Source of the DNA: an uncultured Acidobacteriota bacterium
GTDB taxonomy: Bacteria; Acidobacteriota; UBA6911
Length of the DNA: 64,000 bases
Assembly (NCBI GenBank): GCA_963809485.1
Contig: CAWEJX010000006.1
Span: 256,001-320,000, forward strand
Direction: 5' to 3'
Shown: positions 1-12,259 of the stretch, piece by piece
How the letters are laid out: every line of letters begins with the position of its first letter
Position numbering within the stretch: position 1 is the stretch's first letter
The notes under the pieces: model-generated
Databases searched by the model: none
What the model saw: the letters and a program-made list of their open reading frames with translations, nothing else
Told to the model about the DNA's origin: nothing
Program-made: the position numbers and the translations under genes

Positions 1-530
1 GTCACCGGATCGTCTTCCACGTATCCGGACTCGAACAAATGGTCCCGTATCATGTCCGGCGACATATCCTCGTCATGCTTCAGCATGAGGCAGTAATTGA
101 GAAAACGCTCGGGAGCATGCAGGCGGACCGAGGCGGCTCTTGCTGAAGCCACAAGGACTGTAGGGCTGTCCTGCAGAAGCTGCCAGATGGCGCGTGCGCG
201 GGCAGCGGCGACCTCCTGGTGAGGGGACAGGCCGCGATAGGGATCCACCTCGAGGTCCGGCAACTGAACAATCGGGAAGGAAGACGGCGCAAGCAGATCG
301 ATATAAAACTGGAGTTCCCGGGTGAGATTATGGGCTTCCTGGCTCGAGGGGGCGAGGACAGCAACCGGCCGGTTGAGGCTCAGGATTGCTTTGGCGACCG
401 CCAGGGCTTTGGCCCCTCCTGCCGCCCCGGACAATGTGAGCAGACGTTGGCCCTGACCGAGCTTCGTTGCCAGTTGCTGCAGGGCGCCGCTTTCCGCTGC
501 AGCCTCGAATGTCCGTTTCAACTGATGCAC
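1..530 (-). CDS. mfd: Transcription-repair coupling factor, N-terminal part (runs off the window)
   Basis: Hand translation from GTG at 530: ...LTLSGAAGGAKALAVA...LPDLEVDPYRGLSPHQEVAAARARAIWQL...LFESGYVEDDPV, typical of the Mfd N-terminus; not in the ORF track. Confidence 0.8.
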   Translation of the reverse strand, partial: MHQLKRTFEAAAESGALQQLATKLGQGQRLLTLSGAAGGAKALAVAKAILSLNRPVAVLAPSSQEAHNLTRELQFYIDLLAPSSFPIVQLPDLEVDPYRGLSPHQEVAAARARAIWQLLQDSPTVLVASARAASVRLHAPERFLNYCLMLKHDEDMSPDMIRDHLFESGYVEDDPV

Positions 531-596
531 GTGATAACCAGTCGCTATTTCCGATCTTCCGGCCTCCAGCCCCTTTGAATCGTGGCCGGCATGGTC

Positions 597-1112
597 CTAA
601 GCTTGCTGCTTGCCTGCCTCCGGCGAGGGCGGTCCGAAACGCCTGAGGATCGTCCGGATTATTTCGGATGTTGAGGCGCCCTCGACCAACGGTATGTTCA
701 CCACAACACCGCCGGCTTTCTCCACCGTATCGCGGCCAACGATGTCCCGGATGTTCCAGTCGGCGCCCTTGACCAGTACGTCCGGCACAATGGCATCGAT
801 AATACGTTGCGGCGTCAGGTCCGAAAAAATAAACACGTAGTCGACGCAGGCCAGTGCCGCCAGGACTTCAGCCCTTTCCGACTCAGGCATAACTGGGCGC
901 GGATCTCCCTTGATCTGCCGGACAGAGCTGTCGCTGTTGAGTCCGACGATCAGCGCGTCCCCCATGGAGCGCGCCCTGTTGAGGTAGCGGACATGGCCGA
1001 TGTGCAGAATGTCGAAGCATCCGTTTGTGAATACAACCTTTTTGCCCGATTTGCTGAACCGGGTGCGCAAAAGAATGATTTCCTCCAGCGTCTTCATCTT
1101 CCGGACGGACAT
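597..1112 (-). CDS. rfaE2: D-glycero-beta-D-manno-heptose 1-phosphate adenylyltransferase
   Basis: [36 protein letters not shown]. Confidence 0.92.
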   Translation of the reverse strand: MSVRKMKTLEEIILLRTRFSKSGKKVVFTNGCFDILHIGHVRYLNRARSMGDALIVGLNSDSSVRQIKGDPRPVMPESERAEVLAALACVDYVFIFSDLTPQRIIDAIVPDVLVKGADWNIRDIVGRDTVEKAGGVVVNIPLVEGASTSEIIRTILRRFGPPSPEAGKQQA

Positions 1113-1286
1113 AGCAGCATTGCAGCATAGCAAATGCACCCATTCTCTACAAGAATGCTGATTTTATGTGCCGGTAAACTCCCGGTTCGGTTGGGGGACT
1201 CACGGGATTTTGCGGCTTCGCTATCCAATAACGCCGGGGTGCGCCGAAAATGAGGTTGATGCACTCGGACTTTTAAACGGATCGCG

Positions 1287-2228
1287 CTATTTTTTGCGGG
1301 CATTGCGGACGAGGACTTCCGATGGCTGCACACCCCTGACGATTATGGCGGCGTCCGCCGGCCGTAGAAGCGCGACTTCGGGTGTGATCCTGGCGGGCAA
1401 CTTGATTTCATTCAGTTTTTGGGATGCCAGGGACACCTTGAAATCAGCAGGACTCAGGTCATTGGCTATTTCCGCGGGAGCGAGCACCTGTACGGCGACC
1501 TGGCTGGGGACCGCTGTATAATCCTCAGTGTCGAAGGATACCGGCACCTTGGCTATTGTGTGCAACTCCCTGCGCGGACCTACCTGTATGTCTACTTGAA
1601 CCGGGCTTCCCAGCGAAGCGCGCACGGATTTTTCCTTGAGATTGAGGCCCACGTAAAAACGGCTGGACTGATTCCGGCCGCTGATAGACACCGGTTCTGT
1701 CGCCACCTCGCGAATCGATTCGACTTTGGCGCGCGGTCCGGTGACGATCAACATCGCAGGTTTTACGAGATTGCCGTAAACCTCGAAATTCGGCAGGGGC
1801 TCCCCCGAGACCGGCACAACCACCGGCACCTCTTTGGAAATAGTGTGTTCCAGGTGCAATTCAACCCGCACGGGACTTACCTGAAGCACTTCAATCCCCG
1901 ATCCCCTGGGGATTTTCACATTATCCGGAGTTAGCGTGATAACGTGCTCCCCTTCTTTGGCGCCCTGCAGGTCGATGATGCAGGTGGGTAGCGGCTGGCT
2001 GAGCCATATGCTGGAAAACGCCGCTCCGCGCATGGTCACTTCAACGGAAGTCAGGCGGTCGTTCGTGATCTCCATGTGGCGCGGCACCTGCACCTCCAGG
2101 GGAACCGTGACCACTCTTTCGATGCCGGGCTCACCCCGGACAAACAGCCAGAGGATCAAAGCCAGGAGAATCGCCGTGGCTTTGAGGCTCCAGTTTTCCA
2201 GAAGGTATTCCTGAATAAACCGCTTCAT
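1287..2228 (-). CDS. cdaR: CdaR/YbbR-repeat diadenylate cyclase regulator
   Basis: N-terminal TM (LKATAILLALILWLFV), YbbR-like repeats, overlaps the cdaA stop. Confidence 0.85.
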   Translation of the reverse strand: MKRFIQEYLLENWSLKATAILLALILWLFVRGEPGIERVVTVPLEVQVPRHMEITNDRLTSVEVTMRGAAFSSIWLSQPLPTCIIDLQGAKEGEHVITLTPDNVKIPRGSGIEVLQVSPVRVELHLEHTISKEVPVVVPVSGEPLPNFEVYGNLVKPAMLIVTGPRAKVESIREVATEPVSISGRNQSSRFYVGLNLKEKSVRASLGSPVQVDIQVGPRRELHTIAKVPVSFDTEDYTAVPSQVAVQVLAPAEIANDLSPADFKVSLASQKLNEIKLPARITPEVALLRPADAAIIVRGVQPSEVLVRNARKK

Positions 2229-3040
2229 ACCGCTTCCGGGTGCTGTTCGGCCCTATGGGGCAACCGGGTGACGGGCTTGCCCTCCATGGCATTCTGGAGA
2301 GCCGAGCGGAGGCCCGCACCGTCCAGATCCCGAGTAATCGTGCCCCCGATGGCCAGGGAAATAGTGCCGGTTTCTTCCGATACGATGATGGTGGCGGCGT
2401 CGGTCTCCTCGGTAATGCCTATGGCAGCCCTGTGTCTCGAGCCCATCTCCTTGCTGAGGTATGGATCCAGCGTGAGCGGCAGAAAGCATCCCGCAGCGAC
2501 AATCCGGTTGCGCTGCACAATGACGGCGCCATCGTGAAGAGGGGTATTCGGGCTGAAAATGGTGACCAGGAGATCGTAGGTCAGCACCGCATCGAGGGCA
2601 ATCCCGCTCTCGATATAATTCTTTAATCCAATATCCCGCTCCAAAACGATCAGGGCGCCGATCTTCTTGGACGCCAGAGTGGTGGCTGCCAAAACGATTT
2701 CATCAAAGCCGTCCTTGCCGCGGCGGTGAAAGGGATCCCAGAAGGATGTCTTTCCGATATTGGCCAGCCCCCGCCTGATTTCACTCTGGTACAGGACGAT
2801 GATGGCAAAAACGATATAGGTAAGGGCGTTGGACAGCAGCCACTGAACAGCTGTCAAGCGATAAAACCGCGTTACCCAGAAAAACAGCAGCAACATCACG
2901 ATGCCGAAAGTCATCTGGACGGCCCGCGTGCCGCGCATCAGCAGCAGAAAACGGTAAATGATGTACGCGACCAGCGCGATGTCGATGAGGTCGCGGATGG
3001 AAAACGGAGTGAATTGTATGAAACCCGGCATCGATTCCAT
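2225..3040 (-). CDS. cdaA: Diadenylate cyclase CdaA
   Basis: Three TM helices, PLHDGAVI and GSRHRAAIG motifs; start trimmed to MESMPG. Confidence 0.93.
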   Translation of the reverse strand: MESMPGFIQFTPFSIRDLIDIALVAYIIYRFLLLMRGTRAVQMTFGIVMLLLFFWVTRFYRLTAVQWLLSNALTYIVFAIIVLYQSEIRRGLANIGKTSFWDPFHRRGKDGFDEIVLAATTLASKKIGALIVLERDIGLKNYIESGIALDAVLTYDLLVTIFSPNTPLHDGAVIVQRNRIVAAGCFLPLTLDPYLSKEMGSRHRAAIGITEETDAATIIVSEETGTISLAIGGTITRDLDGAGLRSALQNAMEGKPVTRLPHRAEQHPEAV

Positions 3041-3120
3041 CAGTCCGATTCTTTTTCCAAAAGCTCGGGCATCCCGATGTGACTGAGAGGACGGTTCTTC
3101 ATGGGCCGTCCGGTTTTTTG

Positions 3121-3999
3121 CTAGGCCGTTTTTCCGGCTCTGACGATGACATCCGTAACGTCGGCGATTTCCCGCATTGCCGCGACGTCGTGTACGCGCA
3201 CGATATGCGCTCCAAAGATAATGGATGCCGCAACCGTGGCGCCGGTTCCCAGAACCAGCTCGCTGGCGGGCTTTTTTGTGATCGAGCCTATAAAAGACTT
3301 TCGCGACGTCCCCATCAGGATGGGGAAGCCGGCCGCAGCGAGGCGGTCCAGGTTTCTGATAATTTCTATGTTCTGAGCGGCGGATTTCCCAAATCCAATG
3401 CCCGGATCCATAATGATCGAGTCTGAAGATATCCCGAAGTCTCGTGCTCGGGCAACCGCTTCCTGCGCCCAGATCTCGATGTCCTTCAGGATATCCGCGC
3501 TTGGGGGGAGCACCTGCATGTTCCTCGGTTCGCCCCGCATGTGCATGAGGATCACGGCCGCCCTGTATCTGGATGCCGCCATCCCCAGTCCGGGATCTTT
3601 CTGCAGCGAGGTGATGTCGTTGATAATCGAGGCTCCGCGCTCCAGGGCCTCTTCGGCAACGCGCCCTTTTGACGTGTCTACGGAGACCGGGATGGGGTAC
3701 TTGCCGTTCAGCGCGAGTGCCTCCAGTGTCGGCAGCACGCGCTCCAGTTCCTCCTCTTCGCTGACTCCGAGCGACCCGGGACGCGTCGATTCGCCTCCGA
3801 TGTCGAGGATATCCGCTCCCTCTTCGGCAACCTGCCATGCCCGGTCGACAGCCGCCTGAGGGGTGAAGTATCGTCCCTGATCTGAAAAGGAGTCCGGCGT
3901 GACGTTGAGTATGCCCATGATCAGCGTCCGGTCGCCCAGCTCCAAAACCCTGTCTCTGGCTTTGACTTGGAAGGATTTCCGGGAAAATGATTCAGGCAT
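3121..3999 (-). CDS. folP: Dihydropteroate synthase
   Basis: MGILNVTPDSFSD, DIGGESTRPG, DPGIGFGK, SRKSFIG, RVHDV. Confidence 0.96.
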   Translation of the reverse strand: MPESFSRKSFQVKARDRVLELGDRTLIMGILNVTPDSFSDQGRYFTPQAAVDRAWQVAEEGADILDIGGESTRPGSLGVSEEEELERVLPTLEALALNGKYPIPVSVDTSKGRVAEEALERGASIINDITSLQKDPGLGMAASRYRAAVILMHMRGEPRNMQVLPPSADILKDIEIWAQEAVARARDFGISSDSIIMDPGIGFGKSAAQNIEIIRNLDRLAAAGFPILMGTSRKSFIGSITKKPASELVLGTGATVAASIIFGAHIVRVHDVAAMREIADVTDVIVRAGKTA

Positions 4000-4097
4000 A
4001 ATGGTAGAACCGGTCCAAATGGAACCACGAAATGCACGGAAAAAATACTCTGGCCCTTTGAGGGGTGAGTTCGTGGCCGCTTTAATGGTAATCCGGC

Positions 4098-6020
4098 TTA
4101 AGCCGGCGCAGGCTTGCCTTTAGGATTGATCAGCTGCGGCAGCGGAGAGTGGCCGGGAGCCTTTTCCCTGGCCGGCCGTCCCTCGGAATCCGCATCCGAT
4201 GCGGCCTCAGGTCTGGGCTTCAAGGGCTGCCCTTTGATGATCGCCTCAATCTCGCAGCTGTCAAGGGTTTCAAATTCGAGCAGTGCTTCGGCCAGGCGGA
4301 TCAGGGTTGCCCGGTTTTCCTCCAGGGTCTTCCATGCACGATTGTGACCCTCTTCCACAATCCGCTTCACTTCATGGTCGATTCGAATAGCAGTGTCCTC
4401 GCTGTAGTCGCGATGCTGCGCAATTTCCCTGCCCAGGAATATCTGTTCCTCCTTTTTCCCGAAGGCCAGCGGCCCCATAACAGGGCTCATCCCCCACTCC
4501 GTTACCATCTTCCGGCTGCGCTCCGTGGCAACCTCGATGTCGTTGGCCGCTCCTGTAGTCTCCATGTTCAGAAACATCTTCTCGGCGCAACGCCCGCCCA
4601 TCAGGATGGCAATCTGGCCCTCGATATATTCCCTGGTATAGTTGTGCCTATCCGTTTCCGGAAGCTGCTGAGTCAGGCCCAGCGCCATGCCGCGAGGGAT
4701 TATGGTTACCTTGTGCAGGGGATCGCTTTCGGGAATCATGCAGGCAACCAGCGCATGCCCGGCCTCGTGGTAAGCGGTGACCTTCTTGTCGCTCTCGGTG
4801 ATGACCATGGACTTGCGTTCCTTGCCCATGAGGACCTTGTCCTTGGCCCCTTCAAAGTCGCTCATCAATACGACTTTTCTGCTGTAGCGGGCGGCGTTCA
4901 ATGCGGCCTCGTTTACGAGGTTCGCCAGGGCAGCTCCGGAAAATCCCGGCGTCCCCCGGGCAATCACGGACACGTCGACATCATCGGAAACAGGGATTTT
5001 GCGCGTGTGAACTTTCAGGATGCCTTCCCGCCCCCGGATATCCGGAAGCGGAACGATCACCTGCCTGTCGAATCGGCCGGGTCTGAGCAGGGCGGGATCG
5101 AGAACGTCCGGCCGGTTGCTGGCCGCGATCAGGATCACACCGTCGTTGGATTCAAATCCATCCATTTCCACCAGCAGCTGGTTCAGGGTCTGCTCTCGCT
5201 CATCATGCCCGCCGCCCAACCCTGCCCCGCGGTGCCGTCCCACGGCATCGATTTCATCAATGAAGATGATGCAGGGAGCATTCTTTTTCCCCTGCTCGAA
5301 CAGGTCTCTCACCCTGCTGGCGCCCACTCCGACGAACATCTCGACAAAATCCGATCCGCTGATGGAAAAAAACGGAACGTTCGCCTCTCCGGCAATCGCG
5401 CGGGCCAGCAGCGTTTTCCCTGTTCCGGGAGGCCCCATGAGCAGCACACCCTTGGGTATGCGGCCGCCCAGCTTTTGAAATTTTTGAGGCTCCTTGAGAA
5501 ATTCTATGATTTCCGTCAGCTCTTCCTTGGCTTCCTCAACTCCGGCGACGTCTTTGAACGTTACTTTCTTTTGCTGGCTTGACAGCAGGCGAGCGCGGCT
5601 TTTCCCGAAGGAAAGGGCTTTGTTGCCGCCGCTTTGCATTTGCCGCATCAGGAAAATCCAAAATCCGATCAGAAGGATAAAGGGCAGCCATGAGGACAGG
5701 AATACATACATGAGCGACGAGTTGGAGGATTTCTCTATCTTTACCGATACTCCGTTCTGCTGCAGGTCCTTTACCAGATCCCAGCTCGCCTCGGCCGGAA
5801 TAACGGTCTTGAACTTCCTGCCGCCGGCATCTTCTCCTTCAAGATCTTCGCCCATGATCCTGACGGATTTAATTTTCTTTGCCGTCATCTCCTGGTGGAA
5901 AGACGTAAAGTCCTTCTCTTCAATGTTGACGTCCCTGATGTTGTGGAACAGTTGCCACAAAAGCACCAGGGAAACCACTATCGCCAACCAGACCAGGACA
6001 TTTTTTAGATTGGTGCTCAA
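4098..6020 (-). CDS. ftsH: ATP-dependent zinc metalloprotease FtsH
   Basis: Two TMs, [27 protein letters not shown]. Confidence 0.98.
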   Translation of the reverse strand: MSTNLKNVLVWLAIVVSLVLLWQLFHNIRDVNIEEKDFTSFHQEMTAKKIKSVRIMGEDLEGEDAGGRKFKTVIPAEASWDLVKDLQQNGVSVKIEKSSNSSLMYVFLSSWLPFILLIGFWIFLMRQMQSGGNKALSFGKSRARLLSSQQKKVTFKDVAGVEEAKEELTEIIEFLKEPQKFQKLGGRIPKGVLLMGPPGTGKTLLARAIAGEANVPFFSISGSDFVEMFVGVGASRVRDLFEQGKKNAPCIIFIDEIDAVGRHRGAGLGGGHDEREQTLNQLLVEMDGFESNDGVILIAASNRPDVLDPALLRPGRFDRQVIVPLPDIRGREGILKVHTRKIPVSDDVDVSVIARGTPGFSGAALANLVNEAALNAARYSRKVVLMSDFEGAKDKVLMGKERKSMVITESDKKVTAYHEAGHALVACMIPESDPLHKVTIIPRGMALGLTQQLPETDRHNYTREYIEGQIAILMGGRCAEKMFLNMETTGAANDIEVATERSRKMVTEWGMSPVMGPLAFGKKEEQIFLGREIAQHRDYSEDTAIRIDHEVKRIVEEGHNRAWKTLEENRATLIRLAEALLEFETLDSCEIEAIIKGQPLKPRPEAASDADSEGRPAREKAPGHSPLPQLINPKGKPAPA

Positions 6021-6208
6021 ATGAGAAACCTCCGAACGGAAATTTGAGCCTCATCGCCTGCCGTAAAGCAAACCGAACGGTGAGTCGCCAAATGTCCATT
6101 TTCCATTATACCAGAGCCCTCCACGGATACGGCATTTTCATTATAATTCTCAGAACAAATATAAGATCCGTGATTCGGGGCGCAAATCCCGGCATCAGTG
6201 CGACCGGC

Positions 6209-7651
6209 TCATTTCGAGGTCTGATCCTTGCATCCGGCGTCCTGGATCGCGTTTCCCGCATCTTCTTTGATTTCAATCATGACGCAGGTTCCCGATCCTG
6301 GGCGGGCTTCATAGGATCGTGCCGGCCTGAAGCCGGGAATCCAGATGACGTCATCCCCTGCAGCAACCATCGGGATGAACGAGCGCCTCTCCGAAGGTAT
6401 TTTTCTGTCAATCAGCATTTTTTTCACCTTGCGGTGGCCGGGTCCGCCGTACCGGTCGCCGGCGATCCTGGATCGGATCGTAAGGATCGGAGGCAGCGCC
6501 GACTGATGCAAATAAGCCCGGCTCAAACACATATCCTTTATCGTCTCCGGATCCGGAGTACTGCAGATTGCGGCGCTGAATATTCTGCCGGCCTCAGGGA
6601 CGCGGCAAATCCCCGGAAGGGGGAATCTGTAGCGAAACGGGATTCCCTCCGCGGGCTCCTGTTTTAAAAACAGCAATTGGTGAGGCCGCCGAAGGACGAC
6701 AATTCCACCGGGCAGATTGATCCGGCGGCTTCCCGAGGCGTTTGCGCAGAGCGACAGGATGTCCTCGATATGCGCGGATGAGATTCCGCGCAGCGATCCC
6801 TGGAACTCTTTCAGAGCGAGGCGCAGGACCTGTTTTTGCAGCGCAGCCTGAAGGTCGAAAAGATCCTTTATTTTCAAGGAAATGCCGTCGTCAACAGAGC
6901 GGCTGATAGCCTGGTATTGCTGTCTTGCCTGGGCTTCCAGGAAAGCCCAGGTTTCGCGGGCTTGACCGGCTTCGCGGGCAAGAGTCCTTTTGAGTTGCGG
7001 ATTAAGGTACTTTTCAAGATAGGGGATCACTTCCCGCCGGATGCGGTTCCTGGAATGCCGCAGATCCGTGTTGGTGGAATCCTCCCGATATGCGATTTTG
7101 TGCCGCTTCAGGTAATCCAGGATCAGGCCGCGCGAGCATTCGATCAAAGGACGAATGATCAGCCCGTCCACGACGGGATATATGGCGGAAAGTCCCTCGA
7201 TTCCGCTGCCTCGTATGATGCGGAACAAGGCGGTTTCGGCCTGATCGTCTAGGTTGTGCCCGACGGCGATCTTCTGCGCCTTTTCCCTGGATGCGATGCG
7301 GCGCAGGAAATCGTATCGCAGCCGGCGCGCGAGTTCTTCCAGGTTCTGCCTGGTTTCGGCCGCCTGGCGTTTCACCTCGATGGTTTCCGAAACAAACTGA
7401 ATGCCCAGATCGGCGCACATGCGGCGGACAAAATCCTCGTCGGCGTCGGCCTCCGGCCCACGTATGTGGTGATTGAGGTGGGCTACTGTGAGGGACAGAT
7501 TCAGGCGCGGAGCCAGCTTATTCAGGCACAGCAGAAGGGCCGTGGAATCGGCGCCGCCGGATACGGCCACGATCACGCGGTCGCCCGATGCAAGCATCCC
7601 ATATTTGCATAGGGTTCTATATGCCCGTATTTCCATCGTTACGATAGCCAT
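6209..7651 (-). CDS. tilS: tRNA(Ile)-lysidine synthetase
   Basis: [10 protein letters not shown]-loop, [14 protein letters not shown]; next to ftsH. Confidence 0.95.
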   Translation of the reverse strand: MAIVTMEIRAYRTLCKYGMLASGDRVIVAVSGGADSTALLLCLNKLAPRLNLSLTVAHLNHHIRGPEADADEDFVRRMCADLGIQFVSETIEVKRQAAETRQNLEELARRLRYDFLRRIASREKAQKIAVGHNLDDQAETALFRIIRGSGIEGLSAIYPVVDGLIIRPLIECSRGLILDYLKRHKIAYREDSTNTDLRHSRNRIRREVIPYLEKYLNPQLKRTLAREAGQARETWAFLEAQARQQYQAISRSVDDGISLKIKDLFDLQAALQKQVLRLALKEFQGSLRGISSAHIEDILSLCANASGSRRINLPGGIVVLRRPHQLLFLKQEPAEGIPFRYRFPLPGICRVPEAGRIFSAAICSTPDPETIKDMCLSRAYLHQSALPPILTIRSRIAGDRYGGPGHRKVKKMLIDRKIPSERRSFIPMVAAGDDVIWIPGFRPARSYEARPGSGTCVMIEIKEDAGNAIQDAGCKDQTSK

Positions 7652-7880
7652 GAATTCCGGAATGCTCCGCGCGTCGCCGAATCGGCCAAAATTAATGTTA
7701 TACTCTTTAGCTTGCGTTTCTCACAGACTTTCGTGCCCCGGCAGCAGCGGCCTTCCCGGCTACTCCTACAAAGAGGGTTTTTGGGAAATTGCATCCGGTG
7801 TTGAGGACGTCCGCGACAGGGCCCTTTTTTTATTGAGAACTGCGGCGCTCCAGGTTTCTGAGCATTTTAAGGAGGCATCC

Positions 7881-8852
7881 ATGGCCTTCCCGGCAACTCG
7901 ACCCAGACGGCTTCGCATGAGCGAAATCGTTCGGAAAATGGTCCGCGAAACCCGGCTTTCGCCCGACCAGTTCATTTATCCTATGTTTGTCTGTCCCGGT
8001 GAAGGAGTCAAAAAGGAGATCTCCTCGATGCCGGGAAACTACCATTGGTCCGTCGACACGCTGGTTGAAGAGGTGCGCTCGGTCAAGTCTCTTGGGATCT
8101 CCGGGATTATGCTCTTCGGCATTCCGGAAAAAAAAGATGATCGCGCGACTTCCGCATATGACGATCACGGCGTGGTGCAGGAAGCGGTGCGGGCGCTGAA
8201 AAGGGAAGTACCGGGGATTCTCGTGATCACGGATGTCTGCCTTTGTGAATACACGGCCAACGGCCACTGCGGCCTGGTCAAAGGCGAGGAGATCCTTAAC
8301 GACGAAAGCCTGGAGTTGCTTGCTTTGTCCGCGCTGTCTCACGCAAAAGCGGGCGCCGACCTGGTTGCGCCTTCCGACATGATGGATGGAAGAGTGGGAG
8401 CCATACGGACGCTGCTGGACAAGAACGGGTTTCAGAATGTTCCGATCCTTTCCTACGCGGTCAAGTATGCATCCGGGTATTACGGGCCGTTTCGCGAGGC
8501 GGCCGATTCGGCGCCCGCGTTCGGCGACCGGCGCAGCCATCAGATGGACCCCGCGAACGCCCGTGAGGCTTTGAGAGAGGTGGACCTCGATATTGAAGAG
8601 GGTGCGGACATATTGATGGTTAAGCCGGCGGGGCCGTACCTGGACATCATTCGCATGCTTCGGGACCGCTATGCGCATCCGCTGGCGGCCTACCAGGTAA
8701 GCGGAGAGTACTCGGCGCTCGTGGCGGCCGGGCAGCTGGGATGGCTGGATCTTGAGCGCACGATGCTAGAATCGCTGACGGGGATCCGCCGCGCCGGGGC
8801 GGATATCATTTTGACTTACTTTGCGAAGGATGCCGCCAGGCTGCTGTCCTGA
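7881..8852 (+). CDS. hemB: Porphobilinogen synthase
   Basis: [36 protein letters not shown]; SD AAGGAGG before the ATG at 7881. Confidence 0.97.
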   Translation: MAFPATRPRRLRMSEIVRKMVRETRLSPDQFIYPMFVCPGEGVKKEISSMPGNYHWSVDTLVEEVRSVKSLGISGIMLFGIPEKKDDRATSAYDDHGVVQEAVRALKREVPGILVITDVCLCEYTANGHCGLVKGEEILNDESLELLALSALSHAKAGADLVAPSDMMDGRVGAIRTLLDKNGFQNVPILSYAVKYASGYYGPFREAADSAPAFGDRRSHQMDPANAREALREVDLDIEEGADILMVKPAGPYLDIIRMLRDRYAHPLAAYQVSGEYSALVAAGQLGWLDLERTMLESLTGIRRAGADIILTYFAKDAARLLS

Positions 8853-8884
8853 CAGGCGGCGGATCCTGAGATCAGGGAGTTTGG

Positions 8885-10219
8885 ATGGTGAATCAAAGAT
8901 CGAAAAAGCTGTTTTCACGGGCTCAGAAGAGAATTCCGGGGGGCGTTAACAGCCCCGTGCGTGCATTCCGCAGCGTGGGCGGCGAACCGCGCTTCATCCG
9001 CTCCGGCAGGGGAAGCCATGTCGTCGATGTGGATGGAAATTCCTATATTGATTTTCTGGGGTCTTGGGGGCCTCTGATTCTCGGGCACTGCCCGCCCGAA
9101 GTGCAGGCTGCGCTTCGCGGGCAAATCTCGCTGGGCACCAGCTTCGGGGCATCGACCGAAAACGAAGTGATCCTCGCCGAAATGATCGCGGAAGCCATGC
9201 CCTCTATCGAGAAGGTCCGGCTGGTCAACTCGGGCACGGAAGCCACCATGAGCGCCATACGCCTGGCGAGAGCCTTCACGGGAAGAAACAGGATTATCAA
9301 GTTCGACGGCTGCTACCACGGGCACGTGGACAGCCTGCTGGTCAAAGCGGGATCCGGTGTTGCAACCCTCGGTCTGCCCGACAGTCTTGGCGTCCAACCG
9401 CAGGATTGCAGCTCAACTATCTCCGTAAGATTCAACGATGCCGAAATGGTTCAGCGCGTCCTGGAAGCCAACCGCTCTGAGGTCGCTGCCATCATCATCG
9501 AGCCCGTTGCGGGCAATATGGGGACGGTGCTGCCCGAGAAAGGGTTCCTCCAGCGGCTGCGCAAAATTACGCGGGAGCACGGCGTCCTGCTGATTTTTGA
9601 CGAAGTGATCAGCGGTTTCCGCCTCTCGTATGGAGGGGCCCAGGAAATCCTGAAGATCCGGCCCGATCTGACCTGCCTCGGGAAAATTATTGGCGGCGGC
9701 CTTCCGGTCGGCGCCTATGGCGGCCACCGTGAGATCATGAAATGGGTGGCGCCGGAAGGACCGGTGTATCAGGCGGGGACGTTGTCTGGAAATCCGCTGG
9801 CCGTCGCTGCGGGAATTGCGGCGTTAAAGGCGCTGAAGCAGCCGGGAGTCTACGCGAAGCTGGAACGCATGACGGCTGAGGTTGTCAGCGGGTTGCGGAA
9901 CGCGGCGGCGGAGGCCGCGGTTCCGGTCGAGATCAATACCATAGGATCGATGTTTACGGTTTTTTTCACGTCTTTGCCGGTGACCGATTTCCAGACCGCC
10001 AAGGCCAGCGATGCGGGCCGATACGCAAAGTTTTTCCATGCTTTGCTCGACAGGGGGGTGTACTTTCCGCCCTCGCAGTTCGAAACCTGTTTCGTTTCCC
10101 TGGCTCATACCTCCAACAACATCCGGGCGACCATCCACGCTGCGCGGGAGGCATTCCGGGCTGCCGCCGCGCCGCCGGAGCCGTCCTCGCCCAATCAACA
10201 TCAAATGCTGAGAAAATAA
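8885..10219 (+). CDS. hemL: Glutamate-1-semialdehyde 2,1-aminomutase
   Basis: PGGVNSPVRAF, NSGTEATM, GCYHGH, GKIIGGG, QAGTLSGNP. Confidence 0.97.
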   Translation: MVNQRSKKLFSRAQKRIPGGVNSPVRAFRSVGGEPRFIRSGRGSHVVDVDGNSYIDFLGSWGPLILGHCPPEVQAALRGQISLGTSFGASTENEVILAEMIAEAMPSIEKVRLVNSGTEATMSAIRLARAFTGRNRIIKFDGCYHGHVDSLLVKAGSGVATLGLPDSLGVQPQDCSSTISVRFNDAEMVQRVLEANRSEVAAIIIEPVAGNMGTVLPEKGFLQRLRKITREHGVLLIFDEVISGFRLSYGGAQEILKIRPDLTCLGKIIGGGLPVGAYGGHREIMKWVAPEGPVYQAGTLSGNPLAVAAGIAALKALKQPGVYAKLERMTAEVVSGLRNAAAEAAVPVEINTIGSMFTVFFTSLPVTDFQTAKASDAGRYAKFFHALLDRGVYFPPSQFETCFVSLAHTSNNIRATIHAAREAFRAAAAPPEPSSPNQHQMLRK

Positions 10220-10295
10220 TATTTGTTTATTATTTTTCAGCGTACGTCAGCGTTTATCGGCGTTCGTCGGCGTTAAAATTTATGGACGGGCCTCC

Positions 10296-10354
10296 AGAGT
10301 CGGTCTCAAAACGACTGTCGCGAGATCTTCGCCGACCCTTTTGAGACAGTCTCT
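10296..10354. repeat. Imperfect 16-bp inverted repeat between convergent genes (possible terminator or MITE relic)
   Basis: AGAGTCGGTCTCAAAA ... TTTTGAGACAGTCTCT. Confidence 0.4.
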
Positions 10355-10457
10355 TCAGAGCCGTCCGGCTGAGACCTGACTGGGATATCAGGCCGGCCTG
10401 AGTGAATGAGCCAAAACCATCCATGGAACTCTGTTCTCACCTGCTATTTCGCCGTGA

Positions 10458-11744
10458 TTATTTTTCGGTTGGCGCGGCCTGAGTGGAAGTGCGGACGCGG
10501 ATGGAGACGGTCCTGAATCCCTCGTTTTTTTCGATGGTGAGAACCAGGCTTTGGTACCTCACCGTTTCCCCTTCCACGAGAAGGCGTCCCGTTAAATCCT
10601 GAAGAAATCCCGCCAGGGTCGCGTATTCCGGTGCCTCGGGGATCTTTTCATCAAAGAACCGGTTAAAATCCTTTATGGGCAGGTTCCCGGCCACAGAGTA
10701 GAGGTTGGGGCCCAGTTCGCGCACCGATTCTATTTCCGTATCATGCTCGTCGCGGATTTCGCCTACGATTTCCTCCAGAAGGTCCTCGAGCGTGACGATG
10801 CCTTCGACCCCGCCGAATTCATCCACCACGACCGCCATGTGCAGGTGCATGGATTGAAGCTGGCGCAGCACAATATCCAGGCGGGCGCTGTCGGGGACGA
10901 AATGAACGGGGCGCAGAAGAACCTGCAGGTTAATGGCCTCCGATTTCTGAACGTACTGCAGGAGGTCTTTGACGTTGAGTATGCCGACCACGTTATCGAA
11001 ATTCTGGCGGTATACGGGAATGCGGGAATAGTTGGTTTTTTTCACGACGTCGAGGATGATCGGGATGTCGTCGTCGATATCGACGGCCGTAACCTCGATG
11101 CGCGGGATCATGACCCCGCGCACCTGGGTTGCACCTATCTCGAAGACGTTGTGGAGCATCTCCTTTTTTTCATCCGGCATGCCTGCGCCGCCGGAGCCGG
11201 CGATTATGGCCCGGATTTCATCTTCGCTGAGGCTGTGGGCGAAGGGGCTGCCGGCGGATTCCAGGCCGGCGAGGCGGACCATCCGGTTGGCCATCCAGGC
11301 CGCAAGCCGGGAAAAGGGGGAAAGGATCCTGATGGTGAGTCGGACCGGGAGCAGAAGCTTCCGGGAGACCTGTTCCGGGTGGGCAGCCGCGATAATTTTG
11401 GGCGTCAGCTCGCAAAAAAGAAGAACAATAAGTGCGAAAACGAGCGACCCGATGAGGCCGGCCATCTCGGCATACTGGGGAGAGACCCAGGAAGTGGCAA
11501 GGTAGGAGAAGATGCCGGCAGCGGCAATTTCAGCGACAGTCACTCCGAACAGCAGGACGCCGAGCAGCCGGTCGGGATTCGACAATATCCTCTTGATGGC
11601 CTCGGCCTGCTTGTCTCCTGCTTCCGCCTGGTATTTCAGCCGGAGGCGGTTTACAGCCATGTAGGCGGTCTCGGCGGCTGAGAAAAACACCGAGAGGGCC
11701 ATGAAGAATACAAGGATGCCGATGTAGAGCAGCAGCGGAGACAA
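10458..11744 (-). CDS. CNNM/HlyC/CorC-family CBS-domain membrane protein
   Basis: [40 protein letters not shown]. Confidence 0.92.
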   Translation of the reverse strand: MSPLLLYIGILVFFMALSVFFSAAETAYMAVNRLRLKYQAEAGDKQAEAIKRILSNPDRLLGVLLFGVTVAEIAAAGIFSYLATSWVSPQYAEMAGLIGSLVFALIVLLFCELTPKIIAAAHPEQVSRKLLLPVRLTIRILSPFSRLAAWMANRMVRLAGLESAGSPFAHSLSEDEIRAIIAGSGGAGMPDEKKEMLHNVFEIGATQVRGVMIPRIEVTAVDIDDDIPIILDVVKKTNYSRIPVYRQNFDNVVGILNVKDLLQYVQKSEAINLQVLLRPVHFVPDSARLDIVLRQLQSMHLHMAVVVDEFGGVEGIVTLEDLLEEIVGEIRDEHDTEIESVRELGPNLYSVAGNLPIKDFNRFFDEKIPEAPEYATLAGFLQDLTGRLLVEGETVRYQSLVLTIEKNEGFRTVSIRVRTSTQAAPTEK

Positions 11745-11746
11745 GG

Positions 11747-12259
11747 TTAGGCAGAGGCCTTTGCCGAGCGTGAATACGCCTCGGAGAGCACACGGTCTAT
11801 TTGGTCTTCGACAGACTTCTCGTTCAAGCCGCGGACGGTTGCCACTTCGCTGGTTATGAGCTGTTTTGCCCGGTCCAGCATTCGTTTTTCCCGAAACGAA
11901 AGGCTTTTCTTATAGCTGAGGTACACAAGGTTTTTCAGCACCTCGGCGACCTGGAAAATGGAGCCGGTACGCATTTTTTCCGAGTGATCCTTGTAACGGC
12001 CTTTCCAGTCGGCTTCAGGCTCGAAAAAATCCTCTTCGAGGAGTTTGAAAAGCCCTTCCACGTCAGATTTTTTTATAATGCGGCGCAAACCGACGCTTTT
12101 GACGTTGGATGTGGGTACCATGACAAGGGACGCATTGGAATGAATCCGGAGCATGTAGAATTCTTCAGGTATGCCGTTTACGGAACGACGACTCACTTCC
12201 TCGATAATGCCCACCCCGTGGTTTGGATAAACAACCTTTTCACCTATACGAAAGTCCAT
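11747..12259 (-). CDS. carD: CarD family transcriptional regulator
   Basis: GEKVVYPNHGVG, WKGRYK, EKRMLDRAK. Confidence 0.92.
   Translation of the reverse strand: MDFRIGEKVVYPNHGVGIIEEVSRRSVNGIPEEFYMLRIHSNASLVMVPTSNVKSVGLRRIIKKSDVEGLFKLLEEDFFEPEADWKGRYKDHSEKMRTGSIFQVAEVLKNLVYLSYKKSLSFREKRMLDRAKQLITSEVATVRGLNEKSVEDQIDRVLSEAYSRSAKASA

Noticed and set aside
3041-3838. 537-aa extended cdaA ORF
   Set aside because: The extension is an off-frame overlap with folP and has low-complexity Arg-rich sequence.
4149-11681. Long antisense ORFs (4149-5582, 7830-8678, 10743-11681; also 48604-49962, 52051-53295)
   Set aside because: Shadow frames of well-supported GC-rich genes, with no recognisable motifs.
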